From: a virus
Taxonomy: Duplodnaviria > Caudoviricetes
Length of the DNA stretch: 42,448 bases
Reading direction: 5' to 3' (one strand)
IMG/VR virus record: IMGVR_UViG_3300022179_000883
Location: 1 to 42,448 of that record
Shown here: piece by piece, positions 14,896 to 24,991 of the stretch
How the letters are laid out: the number at the start of each line of letters is the position of its first letter
Numbering within the stretch: the first letter of the stretch is position 1
Position numbers and translations under genes: made by a program
Notes under the pieces: generated by a model
What the model saw: only the letters and a program-made list of their open reading frames with translations
What the model was told of the DNA's origin: nothing
The model's database searches: none

Positions 14896-15519
14896 TTACA
14901 ATGGGTAGGCCCACATCGTACCAACCACCAAGCCCTTCGTCCCGGATGACGTGAAGCCGCTTGATGAGTACGCCGGCACCGGCCATGTGCCAGTCCCAAT
15001 GCTGAAAATCATTACGCTAGGCGCACCATTGGCGATGGTGAAGTAGCCGAAAGTACCAATGCTGTTGTTGGTGACGAGCGTCTGCCCGGCCCTGAAGTTG
15101 CTCACCGTTCCGGTAGGCTGCACGGCAGCAGGAAGTCCGGTCATTGTCATCGCAGTCGTGTTGGACGTTCCGGTGATTGCGGCCTCGTTCCACAGGATTG
15201 CGAATTTCCTTGCCAGAACCACGTAGTAAATCGTCCCGGTAGTAGCCCCAGACATTCCCGTTAGCGTTCCCGTGAACGACCCAAACAACACGTCAGCCGC
15301 ATCCCCCGTAGTCGTCGGCGCTCCAAGCCCGCTGATGCGCTGCGAGTTCCACGGCGTCGTGGCGGAGGGGACTCCAGTGCCATCGCGCAGGATGCAGTTG
15401 GAGAGCGCGGTGGCAAAGTCCTCCTCCTGGGTATCCAGCTTCGCTACCTCAATAGGCGAGCTGGCCTGCTCCGTGACCCAGTTGTAGAGGCGGGTGAATA
15501 CGCCTGCGGAAAATGCCAT
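14896..15519 (-). CDS. Short tail fibre / receptor-binding protein
   Basis: N-terminal attachment-type motif (NWVTE...DFATALSNCILRDG), RISGLGAPTTTGDAA, beta-rich C-terminus. Confidence 0.7.
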   Translation of the reverse strand: MAFSAGVFTRLYNWVTEQASSPIEVAKLDTQEEDFATALSNCILRDGTGVPSATTPWNSQRISGLGAPTTTGDAADVLFGSFTGTLTGMSGATTGTIYYVVLARKFAILWNEAAITGTSNTTAMTMTGLPAAVQPTGTVSNFRAGQTLVTNNSIGTFGYFTIANGAPSVMIFSIGTGTWPVPAYSSSGFTSSGTKGLVVGTMWAYPL

Positions 15520-17390
15520 TACTCTTGCTCCTGCTGTCGTGCCAGCGCATTCGCCAGTGCCGTGGCGCCGTATTTGTTGGTGAATTCACGCATGGCCTTT
15601 CCACGACCTTGCTTCTCCATCATGCGTTCAAGTGCCGCTAGAATCCTTTGCGGCTCAAGCGCGTCGGTGGTCATTTCCGTTGCCACCTTTGGAGTGAGAC
15701 GCTTCCCTGCCGCCCTCATGGCGGCATTCGCCATCCAGACGTTGTGACCAACCAGACCTGATATTCCAGTTCCGCCGTGGTCTCCAAGGTGGTCATACAG
15801 CCCCATAGTGACGCGGCTCGCGACTTCATTGGCTTTCTCAGACCGAGAAACGTCGTCCTCAATGGCCTGAGATCGCTTCGAGTATTCCCCGAGGTATTCT
15901 TTCCATCGTTTTGCGCCAGCGGCCTCAATCGTATCGTCGAAAGCAACCTGGATGTCGCGCTCAAGAATCGCGTTGAATTTTCGGTTTGGCTTTACGTTAT
16001 CTCCGTATGATGCCTCGATGTCTTGGCCGAGGTTTTTGCGGATCTTGTAAAGCTCGTCGGCGTCGAGCCGGCCAAACTTCTCCACGCTTTCCCTGACCTT
16101 TTTGCTCAACGAGTCCATCGTCTTTCGGATCACGTCATCGGAGTAGTTACCGGGCTTGTCGCGCAGGCCGGCGATCTTTTGCTGTAGCGCATCCATCTGC
16201 ATAGGCTTTGCGCCAGTGGCCTCTAGCGCCGCAAGCTCCCTCTCGGCTGCGGACAGTTCCGATTGACGAGTGGCAATGATGGCGGCGGTATCGTCGCTGG
16301 CTGAGGCGGCCTCTTTGGCTACCGCAGCGTGAGGTGTGTACCGAGGCGGAACCTTCGGAGCGCCCTTTACCGTATGAAAGCCAATTCCTTCCTCCCCGGT
16401 TCCGGCTTTCTTTCCGAGCTTGGCGGCAACCTTAGCGGCAACGGGGCCATCTGGCTTTGGATATAGACCCTTTGACCCGCTCTCCATTTGCGCTCCAAGC
16501 GTCTCAAATCCACCCTTCGTCTGAAGTGCCGACGCCTTACTGTAGAAGCGATCCACAATGCGCTCACCGAGATCGTCAAACTTCTGCGTCGTCTCATTGG
16601 CCGTCTTGAGCGATTCCTTCATGATAGGAATGGTGACAGCGTCTCTGGCGACTTCCGCGTCTTTGCGGGCGGACTCCTGCGCCAGCTTGTTGATCTTAAA
16701 CCGAACTGAAGGCGCTTTAACGCCACGCTCTCCATTGCCAATTGCCGACAACTTGCGCTCCATAGCGATTATCGGCAGGCCTTCAGGAGTGTCGGCAAGC
16801 GCTTGAGCGGCGGTCGGCTTGCTTCCGGCGACGTACTCTTTGGCACCGACAATCGCATTCCTCAATGCCTGCTTACTATCTGCGTCGCCAGCGATCTTGT
16901 CCCATTCGTTGTCAGCAATGCGTCGAGCACCACCAGGGAGGAAGCGATTGGACAGCGACCGAGCAAGCTCACCGAGCCTCCCGATTTGTTTCGGCGCTGA
17001 CTGGAATGCCTCTGGCGCTCCACCGGGAATGTTCGGACCTGGCAGCTTGGATCCGAGTACGGTTGTGCCAACAAGATTGACGCCCTTCTCAATGCCGGTC
17101 TCTGGCTTCCCAAAGACGCCGCCCATAGTGTCGTCGTAGGCCCGCATAGCGGATGAATTTCCGCCAGTGACGAGGTTCTTTGCGCCATGCAGGAACTCAG
17201 CGCCAGCCAATGGAATTGCCATTGCGGCATCAATTGGCATACGCAGCGTGAGGCCAGCTTGGCGCTTTAGCTGATCGACGAAGCTAGGCTCTTCGGTGGG
17301 CGCAGCAGGGTTACCAGCCGCAGTCGGCTGATTCACGACTGGGGCGCTTTGCCAACCGCCTCCGACAACTGGCGCGTCTTGCCAACCCAT
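15519..17390 (-). CDS. Internal virion / DNA ejection protein
   Basis: 623 aa, helical, Ala/Lys-rich; position after the tail genes. Confidence 0.7.
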   Translation of the reverse strand: MGWQDAPVVGGGWQSAPVVNQPTAAGNPAAPTEEPSFVDQLKRQAGLTLRMPIDAAMAIPLAGAEFLHGAKNLVTGGNSSAMRAYDDTMGGVFGKPETGIEKGVNLVGTTVLGSKLPGPNIPGGAPEAFQSAPKQIGRLGELARSLSNRFLPGGARRIADNEWDKIAGDADSKQALRNAIVGAKEYVAGSKPTAAQALADTPEGLPIIAMERKLSAIGNGERGVKAPSVRFKINKLAQESARKDAEVARDAVTIPIMKESLKTANETTQKFDDLGERIVDRFYSKASALQTKGGFETLGAQMESGSKGLYPKPDGPVAAKVAAKLGKKAGTGEEGIGFHTVKGAPKVPPRYTPHAAVAKEAASASDDTAAIIATRQSELSAAERELAALEATGAKPMQMDALQQKIAGLRDKPGNYSDDVIRKTMDSLSKKVRESVEKFGRLDADELYKIRKNLGQDIEASYGDNVKPNRKFNAILERDIQVAFDDTIEAAGAKRWKEYLGEYSKRSQAIEDDVSRSEKANEVASRVTMGLYDHLGDHGGTGISGLVGHNVWMANAAMRAAGKRLTPKVATEMTTDALEPQRILAALERMMEKQGRGKAMREFTNKYGATALANALARQQEQE

Positions 17391-18685
17391 TACGGCTTTT
17401 TCCTAGTAGAGCCATCGGGAGCAATGAATTCAGTTCCGCTCTCCAGTGCGTTGTATTCCTCGTCTGAGGAAATCTTCACTGGACCGCCGCCAGCGGGAGC
17501 CGCGCCCTGATCCGCCGCGAAGCCGACTTCAGTGCCTTCGTACATAGCAAGCAACTCTTTCATCGACTTCAGTGCAGCAAGGCGCTGCGGAACAGGAACA
17601 GTCCTGTCTCCGACCTTTGCCGCCATATCCCTGTACGCTGCCAAATCCTTGTCAGACTGAGGCCCTTGGAAGCGAGGTACTTTGCTGGTGAGCGTCCCGC
17701 CAATTTGATCGAGAACTGTGGCTTGCGTGGCGCTGTCTGTATTGACTCCAACAAAATTAAATACGGTGTCTACAAGGGCACCGGCACCGCTGGCGGTTGG
17801 GTCTCCGTACGTAAGAACCTTTTCTGCCTCCGCAATGGCGTCGCCAGCGCCCTCCATGCCGAATGCCCTAGTGTTTGCGCGAGCACCCCACGGCGTTTCT
17901 TTTGCCTTGTATCCAAGAACCCTGTTAGTTTCAGCGTCAATGACGATGATCTTGTTCGGGTCTTTTGGATCAATGACCTCGACTGGCTTTGCAGACCGAC
18001 CGCCAATGGTGATATTCGGAGTCTGGTCAACCGGCTTGTAGGGCCGGCCCTGAGCAATCCGATCTCCAGTAGATGAGTTGAACTTGTAGTCCTGCACCAT
18101 GCCATTCGGCAGCGGCTTCGAAATAACGGTCCACTTGTCAGTCGAATCTGTGGACGGCTCCCGAGTGACATTTCCGGTCGTCTTGTCGTAAATCATGCCG
18201 TCGCCGCCAGAAGCGAATTCTGATGCGGCAGGCTGCGCAGTTGCCCGCTCGTACATCGTCTTGGCGAGCATCGACTTGACCGCCATCGGGTCCATCCCGG
18301 CGACGGCTTGCGTGAGGTCATTTGCCATCGGGTCGAGCTTTCCGGGCGTTGTGAAGCCGGGGTTCTCCGCGTCCAGCCCCTCCACCTGCACGCCCTGCTT
18401 GCGCATCATGGCTTGGATGAGCGCCGCGTTCTGCCCGCTGATGGTCCGGTCGGCGCCGGCCTTAGCAACCTGCGCCCGGTCTGCCGCCTTGCCACTGGCG
18501 GAACGCGCCAGGATGTCGTTCAGGCCGTTCAGGAGCGCCGCCTGAGACGTGCGCGGCGGACGGCCATCATTGGCAGTGGCACGGGACGCCAGCAGCTCTG
18601 CAAGCGCCTGCTGCTTCTGAGCCTCGTAGTAGGGGTCCACCGGGGCAGCAGAGGTCATTGGAGCGGCAGTACGGATGTTGGGCAC
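17390..18685 (-). CDS. Internal virion / DNA ejection protein
   Basis: 431 aa; position; C-terminal ISSDEEYNALESGTEFIAPDGSTRKKP. Confidence 0.7.
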   Translation of the reverse strand: MPNIRTAAPMTSAAPVDPYYEAQKQQALAELLASRATANDGRPPRTSQAALLNGLNDILARSASGKAADRAQVAKAGADRTISGQNAALIQAMMRKQGVQVEGLDAENPGFTTPGKLDPMANDLTQAVAGMDPMAVKSMLAKTMYERATAQPAASEFASGGDGMIYDKTTGNVTREPSTDSTDKWTVISKPLPNGMVQDYKFNSSTGDRIAQGRPYKPVDQTPNITIGGRSAKPVEVIDPKDPNKIIVIDAETNRVLGYKAKETPWGARANTRAFGMEGAGDAIAEAEKVLTYGDPTASGAGALVDTVFNFVGVNTDSATQATVLDQIGGTLTSKVPRFQGPQSDKDLAAYRDMAAKVGDRTVPVPQRLAALKSMKELLAMYEGTEVGFAADQGAAPAGGGPVKISSDEEYNALESGTEFIAPDGSTRKKP

Positions 18686-18687
18686 GG

Positions 18688-20181
18688 CTATGTCCTCGCC
18701 ACGTAGGTTCGACCGTCAGGCAGGTAGTAGGTAGTTGTCCCACCATCCTCCTGCCAGCGGATGCCGGAAGCCGGATCCACGCCGGCCACTGTGGACTGCC
18801 ATTCAGGATTGGATGGGTCATTGCCCTGCAACCCGCCGTAGCCAGTGTCCGTGAAAAGGCCCGCGTAGGGGTCCGTGGTGCCACTGGCTTGCGAGCGGTC
18901 CTTGTCGGCAATCCTCTTGAGGATGAGCGCCGCCACGACGGCACCGGCGATCGGCCCCAAGGTCGCAATGGCACCAGATGCGGCTGAGGAGCCGGCTGCT
19001 GCCGTACTGCCACCCGCTGCCGCCCCAGTGGCCGCGCCGCCTCCCGTAGCTCCGCCAGCCAGCAAGCCAGCGCCCGTGCTGCCGCCGCTGCCGATACCGG
19101 CCATCAATCCGCTTGTGGGCAGTGCCGCAGCACCGGACGCTCCAAGTGCCCCAGAACCGAGCGCCCCCGTTGCCGTGCCAGCGCCAAGACCGCCCGCCGC
19201 CGCCGCGCCGCCGCCGAGCGCCGCGCCCGCAGCGCCGGTAGCCCCGCCAGCCGCCGCAGCAGCCGGAGCGGCTCCGCCGCCAAACAGCCCAGTGATGCCG
19301 TTCCATACGCCGCTGAGGCCGCCCGCCGCTTCCACGCCCGTCCCGAGCAGTCCCATCAGCGCCTGCTGGTTCGCCGCAGCATTGCCCGCCGTAGCGTTGT
19401 AGGCGTCGTACACCGAGCCAGTCAGGTTTGCCGGCGTCGTGCTGGAGTTGGCTCCGCCCGAAGCGCCGTCAAACGTCGGCATGTTGATCTTTGTCGTGTC
19501 CCTGAGCGCGTTGAACTCGTTGAGCGGCTGGTTACGCTTCGTCAGCGCCTCAGACAGCGCCTGCGCCCGGTTCTTGGACGCAATGCCGGACAGCGTATTC
19601 ATCTCGCTCGCGCCGCCTGCAATGGCGCTGGTGCGAGCCTGGTCGTAGTTGAACGCCCGGTCCCGGCTCAGGTCGTCCTGCGCGTTCTTCCACGCCTCCG
19701 AGCCAAGGGCGATGCCTTGGTTGGCAAGTTGCGTGTCGAGCGCCCGCGCACGGGCCGCAAACTGCGGATCGAGGTAGGAAGTCTGCTTGCCGTACAGCGC
19801 GTCCTGCGTCTGCGTGCGCGCGCCGAGGAGGTCGTTGGCACCGTAGAGGCCCGGCAGGCCGGAGTAGTCCATCGGCGTCGAATACGTCGAGTTGATGTTT
19901 CCGAGCAATCCGCTGGATGTCTGGCCGAGCGACAGATCCTGCTGGTTCTGCAACGTCAGCAACTGCTGCTGTTCCGGCGTCAGCGAGACGTTCGAGTCAT
20001 AGACCGTGGCGCCCGTCACCGGGTCAATGCGGCTGGTGTACGTCTGGCTGCCGAGCGGGGTCGTCGTGTTGCCGTGCGACTGGGCGTTGTTGTACGCCGC
20101 CGTCTGCTGGTTGACAGCCGTCTGCGCGCCCGCAACTTGGTACGGATCAGGAACTCGGGGAGTGCTAAAAATATTTGCCAT
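18688..20181 (-). CDS. DNA pilot / ejection protein
   Basis: Gln/Ala-rich helices (LDPQF...LANQGIALGSEAW) and a long Gly/Ala hydrophobic tract. Confidence 0.75.
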   Translation of the reverse strand: MANIFSTPRVPDPYQVAGAQTAVNQQTAAYNNAQSHGNTTTPLGSQTYTSRIDPVTGATVYDSNVSLTPEQQQLLTLQNQQDLSLGQTSSGLLGNINSTYSTPMDYSGLPGLYGANDLLGARTQTQDALYGKQTSYLDPQFAARARALDTQLANQGIALGSEAWKNAQDDLSRDRAFNYDQARTSAIAGGASEMNTLSGIASKNRAQALSEALTKRNQPLNEFNALRDTTKINMPTFDGASGGANSSTTPANLTGSVYDAYNATAGNAAANQQALMGLLGTGVEAAGGLSGVWNGITGLFGGGAAPAAAAAGGATGAAGAALGGGAAAAGGLGAGTATGALGSGALGASGAAALPTSGLMAGIGSGGSTGAGLLAGGATGGGAATGAAAGGSTAAAGSSAASGAIATLGPIAGAVVAALILKRIADKDRSQASGTTDPYAGLFTDTGYGGLQGNDPSNPEWQSTVAGVDPASGIRWQEDGGTTTYYLPDGRTYVART

Positions 20182-20189
20182 GATGCTCT

Positions 20190-21782
20190 CTAGGCGAGAA
20201 TGCCGCCGCCCTCGTATACGATGTCAGTCGCGGACCATGACAGCGAAACGTCGCTGGTCTGGCTCTTGAGATGCACGGCCATCGAGTGCCCGACTCCGGT
20301 AACGCCGTACCAGTTGGACTGAAGCGTCATGGAGCCGAGCCACGCGACATCCCAGATGCCGCCCCAGGGGTCGCCGCTGCCGCCACTGACGGCGCGCAGG
20401 TAGGTCGGATCCGTGTTGGTGTAATCCACATCCACGGACACCGACAGCGAGAAAGCACCGTTGCTGGAAAGGATGGGGCGAAGCATCTTGACGTGCTTGG
20501 CGCTACCCCTACGCCCGAGATAGTTGAACGCCTGCTTTGCTTCAGCCGTGATAGCCGTCGTGCCGTCGATAGCGCCGGTATCGGCCTTGACCATCTTGCC
20601 GTTCATGCCCATCCACAGCGTGTCGCGGGCGACCTCGAAGCAGAAGGCGGACCAGCCGGCGAACTTGCACCACGCCTGGTCATTGGTGTGCATGACCCAC
20701 TGGTAGCTGGCCGAGTCCTCAGCGGTCGGCACGTTGACGATCAGCTTGGAGCCGGTCGGGTGAACCATGCAGGTCCAGCCGTACTTGCTGCCATGCGTCA
20801 GGATGTCGTAGTTGAGCAGCGAGCGAATCTTGTCCGACACCGCCAACGTGCCATCTCGCGTCTGCGATGCAAATGCCTTGCGCAGCGGGTAGACGCCATC
20901 AGCGCACAGTACCAGCGCGTCAACGCCGTACTTGCACCACGTCCGATTGCCCTTGATGACGGGGCGACCGATGCGAAAGTGAGCGGCTTGTATCCAGTTC
21001 GCGGCAACCGCAGGATCGGACACGCCAGCGGATCCGGTGTAGGCCAGCACTTCTCCCTCGCTGGAGAGGAAGCAGATGTAGTCCACCAAGCCAGAGGCAT
21101 CATCCGTCAGCGTGATGATGGAGTTCAGGTATCCACCGAGCTTGAACCATGAGCCGAGGTTGAGGCGTTCCATTGCGCCACTGACAGTGCGCACTGGGAG
21201 GTAAAACACATTGAACGTGTCTTTCTCCGCAAACCACAGGCGCTCACCGAATACGCCGACCGTGAACAGGTCATCCGTCGAGGCAAGGCTCGCGTGCGTC
21301 AGCGTGACCGTTGTCCACGTCGTGCCGTCATAGCCAATGGCCGTATCGGCTCCATTGACGATGCGAAGGAATGAACCTCCGTCAGTGCCGTATTGCACGT
21401 AGTCGAATCGGCAAGAAGTCAGCGCCTGCACAGTTGCGCCTCCGCCGCCCACGACGGCCGTAGACAACGCGCCCGCCGTAGTGCCGTTGTAAATACTGTA
21501 CGTGCTGCCGTTCTTGACGCAAGGAAAAACCTTTGTCGATGTCAGGCCGGAGTAGACGAGAATGGACTGTGCTAATCCTGTAAAGGTGCTCCATGCGCTA
21601 TATCCGTTCCTGACATCGACGCTGGTCGTGTTTGGAAAGTAGTTTTCCAAAATGATCGCATCAGTAGGCTTCATGTTCGCGATGGAGTCGCGAGCATTCA
21701 AGCCACCCACGGGCGCAGCCAAGGAAGTCGAGTTCGACTTCTGAGTGCCGGGACGAACCTTGACTTCCGCTGCGTACCTCAC
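20190..21782 (-). CDS. Tail nozzle / head-closure protein (P22 gp10 or T7 gp12-like)
   Basis: APVGGLNARD N-terminus, beta-propeller-like composition, follows the adaptor. Confidence 0.8.
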   Translation of the reverse strand: MRYAAEVKVRPGTQKSNSTSLAAPVGGLNARDSIANMKPTDAIILENYFPNTTSVDVRNGYSAWSTFTGLAQSILVYSGLTSTKVFPCVKNGSTYSIYNGTTAGALSTAVVGGGGATVQALTSCRFDYVQYGTDGGSFLRIVNGADTAIGYDGTTWTTVTLTHASLASTDDLFTVGVFGERLWFAEKDTFNVFYLPVRTVSGAMERLNLGSWFKLGGYLNSIITLTDDASGLVDYICFLSSEGEVLAYTGSAGVSDPAVAANWIQAAHFRIGRPVIKGNRTWCKYGVDALVLCADGVYPLRKAFASQTRDGTLAVSDKIRSLLNYDILTHGSKYGWTCMVHPTGSKLIVNVPTAEDSASYQWVMHTNDQAWCKFAGWSAFCFEVARDTLWMGMNGKMVKADTGAIDGTTAITAEAKQAFNYLGRRGSAKHVKMLRPILSSNGAFSLSVSVDVDYTNTDPTYLRAVSGGSGDPWGGIWDVAWLGSMTLQSNWYGVTGVGHSMAVHLKSQTSDVSLSWSATDIVYEGGGILA

Positions 21783-22495
21783 AGGTTCCAGCTCCCGATC
21801 GGCACGATGATGCCAGGCGTGCGCTTCTCAAGTCCGCCGTCCATGTGCAGCGTCGGCTTGGTGCCGTCATTGCCCATCGCATCCTTGACCATGACCTCGT
21901 AGGAGGCGAACTCCTCAGCATAGCTCAAGCCCTTCTTGCGCAGCCAGCGCCACTCAAGGCCGGCCAGCATGAGTTCGTCGTCGAGTAGGAATTCGTCGGC
22001 ATCATTAGCGACGTTGCGGCGGTAGGTCGCGCCGGTCGAGTCGGTGCACCAGCAGTTCGAGACGTACTCGAAGTAGCAGGACTCGCCCGCAGTCGGCGCA
22101 GGATTGAACAGGAGCGTGTTACCGCGGATCCGGTACTCGGAGTAGGGACCAGTCAGCCCAAGTGCCTTCTGCGCCTGCCACGTCTGCCTGGTCATCGGCC
22201 CCCAGATAGGGACTTGCGTGCTGCGGTTCCAGATCGTGTTATTGACGATTGCGCGCAGTTGCTGCGTGCCGCCAATGATCGACGCCAGCGTGCCCTGCGA
22301 CTCGGTTGCGACCGTCGTGAAGGTAGCCTCGAAGGTCAGGTTCTGCCAATTGTGGCGACGGGAAAGCGAGCGGCCTTCCTGATTGACCAGCTCGATGATC
22401 TGCTGAACGTCGGTCGCCTGGTTGGCGTAGGCGGTAGACGGAGAAGGGACTCCGACTGCGTTCGCGAATCGCTGTACGATATTCAACAGATTCAC
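21779..22495 (-). CDS. Head-tail adaptor (tail tubular protein A-like)
   Basis: MNLLNIVQ...LSRRHNWQNL...LEWRWLRKKGLSYAEEF. Confidence 0.8.
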   Translation of the reverse strand: MNLLNIVQRFANAVGVPSPSTAYANQATDVQQIIELVNQEGRSLSRRHNWQNLTFEATFTTVATESQGTLASIIGGTQQLRAIVNNTIWNRSTQVPIWGPMTRQTWQAQKALGLTGPYSEYRIRGNTLLFNPAPTAGESCYFEYVSNCWCTDSTGATYRRNVANDADEFLLDDELMLAGLEWRWLRKKGLSYAEEFASYEVMVKDAMGNDGTKPTLHMDGGLEKRTPGIIVPIGSWNL

Positions 22496-22507
22496 GAACC
22501 GCCTCCG

Positions 22508-23188
22508 TTACTTTTTCTTCAGTGTCAGCGTCTTTGGCTCCGGTTCGGGCAGGATGTCGTCCGCCGAAATGGATTCAGATGTTGCACGGATGTCCGTGGC
22601 CTGTGGCGCATTGGCTACCAATTGGGCGATCTGCGCCTGCATTGCCGCCTGACTGGCTTCAAGCTGCTCGACTTTGGTCTTGAGCGCCGCGTTCTCCATG
22701 ACCAGCGGACCTTTGTCCTTGACCGACTGCAACCACGCGGTTGCCTTGTTCTTTAGTTCCAGCGCACCCATGCCAATCCGCGTCAGCCCTTCTGCGTTGA
22801 CAGAGGCGAGATCCTCGATGGTGAGGATCATCATGCGAATCAGCGTCTCCTGTTGCGCGGGAGAGATCATGCCCCATCCCTTGATAGGCGTTCCGTTGAC
22901 AGGCATCTCCTGCCCGTTCTGCCAAGCCCGGTATGCCTTCAGGTTGAATTCCTGCCACTCAGCGGGCATCCGGTCATTGCGGACATCCTGCTGCATGTTC
23001 TCGATCCATTGCGTCACCTTCACCCGTACTTCGTCTTTCGAGTACGGAGGCGTGATGAGCGCGTAGTCCACGTCCTTCGCGACGTAGTGCCCTGCCGCCA
23101 GCGATGCCGCCTTGTCCTCCTTTGCAACCCGCTCGAAGCGGACATGAGCAGGACGATCCTTGCGTTCAGTGACGGCACCAATTGACAT
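22508..23188 (-). CDS. Morphogenesis-region protein with HhH-like segment
   Basis: ILTIEDLASVNAEGLTRIGMGALELKNKA plus coiled coil; between decoration and adaptor genes. Confidence 0.7.
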   Translation of the reverse strand: MSIGAVTERKDRPAHVRFERVAKEDKAASLAAGHYVAKDVDYALITPPYSKDEVRVKVTQWIENMQQDVRNDRMPAEWQEFNLKAYRAWQNGQEMPVNGTPIKGWGMISPAQQETLIRMMILTIEDLASVNAEGLTRIGMGALELKNKATAWLQSVKDKGPLVMENAALKTKVEQLEASQAAMQAQIAQLVANAPQATDIRATSESISADDILPEPEPKTLTLKKK

Positions 23189-23197
23189 GCAACCTCC

Positions 23198-23225
23198 AAA
23201 GAGGGCGGGGTGTCAGTCCCCCGCC
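23198..23225 (-). terminator. Putative intrinsic terminator after the capsid genes
   Basis: GGCGGGG / CCCCGCC 7-bp stem (23204-23225) followed by CTCTTT on the minus strand; weak U-tract. Confidence 0.5.
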
Positions 23226-23242
23226 AAAGCGCCAGGGGAAAC

Positions 23243-23971
23243 TTAGGCCGTGATCTGAGTGCCGTGCGGCTCCGACAGGTAGCCCATGCCATAGCCGGTG
23301 TAGGTGCCGGTGATGGTCACGGTGCCAGTCGCCGTCGAGTTGCGACCGCTTGCCGTCGCGATTGCCGAGCCGAGGTACGCCGTCTTGCCGTCCGGATCCA
23401 GCGCCGCGACGACAGTCGTCGAGCCGTTGATGCCGGTGCCGGTGATGGTCATACCGAGGAACAGGCCGTCGTAGCCGTCAGGGAAGAACAGCACGTTGGA
23501 TCCGTTCTTCGTCGTTGCCGTCCACGTCAGGGTCGCTGCCGGCGCCTTATAGTGATGGACGCCGATGATGCCCTTGCCGGCCACGATGGTTCCAGTCATG
23601 GAACCTGCTGCCGTGTGAATGCCAACAGCAGCGTTTGCAGCCGCAGTTGCACTCAGGATGTAGATGGCATTGCCCTTGCTCTGCACCCACCCAAACGTGC
23701 CGTCTGCCATCGGTGCCATTGCCACGTAGACAGGTTGGCCGAGGTTGGCCGTGGAAGGCGTCAGGGTGGCGAGGTACGTCGGCGCCGTGCCGACGCAGAC
23801 AAGCGACCCCTTTAGGATTGCGCCGTCGCTTTCCACGTAGCGAAACTTGCCGTAACCCCACCACGGATCATATGCCTCCACCTCCATACCGAGGGGATGG
23901 CGCCGGGTCGTATCCGGCACGAACCAGTCATTGAAGGGCGTAGCGCCCGCGAAATTGATTGGTGCAAACAT
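23243..23971 (-). CDS. Capsid decoration/cement protein
   Basis: Follows MCP; HPLG...GYGKFRYV...FGWVQSKG; strong AGGAG RBS. Confidence 0.7.
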   Translation of the reverse strand: MFAPINFAGATPFNDWFVPDTTRRHPLGMEVEAYDPWWGYGKFRYVESDGAILKGSLVCVGTAPTYLATLTPSTANLGQPVYVAMAPMADGTFGWVQSKGNAIYILSATAAANAAVGIHTAAGSMTGTIVAGKGIIGVHHYKAPAATLTWTATTKNGSNVLFFPDGYDGLFLGMTITGTGINGSTTVVAALDPDGKTAYLGSAIATASGRNSTATGTVTITGTYTGYGMGYLSEPHGTQITA

Positions 23972-24004
23972 TGATGTCTCCTGAAACTGATTGTGCGGTG
24001 GCGA

Positions 24005-24967
24005 TTACGGCAGGATGACGAACTGCTGCTTGCGGTTCGAACAGGTGAGGTTGCCCATCCACAGGATCTGCGTCACAGCGCCATCCTGGTTGATCGGGCG
24101 AGCCTCGTCCATGATCGCAAGGTCGGCATCCTGATGGACCACCAGTTCGAGGTAGTTCGTGTTCAGGCCGTACATCCGGTTGACCGGAATACCCGAATTG
24201 CCGTCATAGATCACGTCGGCGTTCTTGTACTTGATGCTGACAAAACCAGCTTCTGCCTTCTGGGTGTCGTTGTACCGCTTGATCGGCACCTGAGACGCCT
24301 CGAAGAAGCTGTAGTAATTGTTGTCAGCCACGATCAGATCAACCTGATCGTCCGGGCCACGATCCGTTGCCAGCCATGCCGGGAGCATGAGGCTGGTTTC
24401 GATGGTCGTTGCTGACGGCGTGACCGACAGGTTCGATGCGTCGATCACGGTGTTCTGCCAGAACGGGAAGGTGCCGGCCACGATGCCGCCGACCGTGCCC
24501 GTGCCATCGTCCGAGACAAGCGCCTGGATGCCGTTGATCTGGTTCGTCAACGTCCCAAGCGAATACAGGTCGCTGGAGAAGTTGTTGTTGAACGTTCGCA
24601 GCGCATTCTTGATACGTGCTTTCGCCAGATTGATGATGCGGCTGTCGCCCGAGTTGATGCGCAGCTCGCGGCCCGAGGCCACCACGTTCAGCGCGATCTG
24701 ACGCCACTGATACTCAGCCGAGGAGATGGTCTCCGATGCCGAGATGTTCAGGGTGTCCCAGTCGCTGTAGCGCTGGTAGGTGTTGTTTGCCGCGTAATCG
24801 AGTGGCGTGGCGATGGAAAGACCGCCATCTTCCTTGCGCGTGTTGCCACGCTTCATCATGTACTTGAGCAGCGCGTTGCGGTTGCTCAGGTTGTCCTTGA
24901 TGTCCTTGCGGTGCTTGCGGAACGTGGTCGTGACCAGTTCCGTAAAGGTGCTATTTGGTGCTGCCAT
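24005..24967 (-). CDS. Major capsid protein
   Basis: 320 aa; DNLSNRNALL...AEYQWRQ...ILWMGNLTCSNR; after the scaffold gene. Confidence 0.9.
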   Translation of the reverse strand: MAAPNSTFTELVTTTFRKHRKDIKDNLSNRNALLKYMMKRGNTRKEDGGLSIATPLDYAANNTYQRYSDWDTLNISASETISSAEYQWRQIALNVVASGRELRINSGDSRIINLAKARIKNALRTFNNNFSSDLYSLGTLTNQINGIQALVSDDGTGTVGGIVAGTFPFWQNTVIDASNLSVTPSATTIETSLMLPAWLATDRGPDDQVDLIVADNNYYSFFEASQVPIKRYNDTQKAEAGFVSIKYKNADVIYDGNSGIPVNRMYGLNTNYLELVVHQDADLAIMDEARPINQDGAVTQILWMGNLTCSNRKQQFVILP

Positions 24968-24991
24968 GACAGAGACTCCTTAACGGTGAAC

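Noticed and set aside
16321-16340. TPHAA inside the 623-aa ejection protein matching the early-gene tag
   Set aside because: Five residues, internal, different codons; consistent with chance
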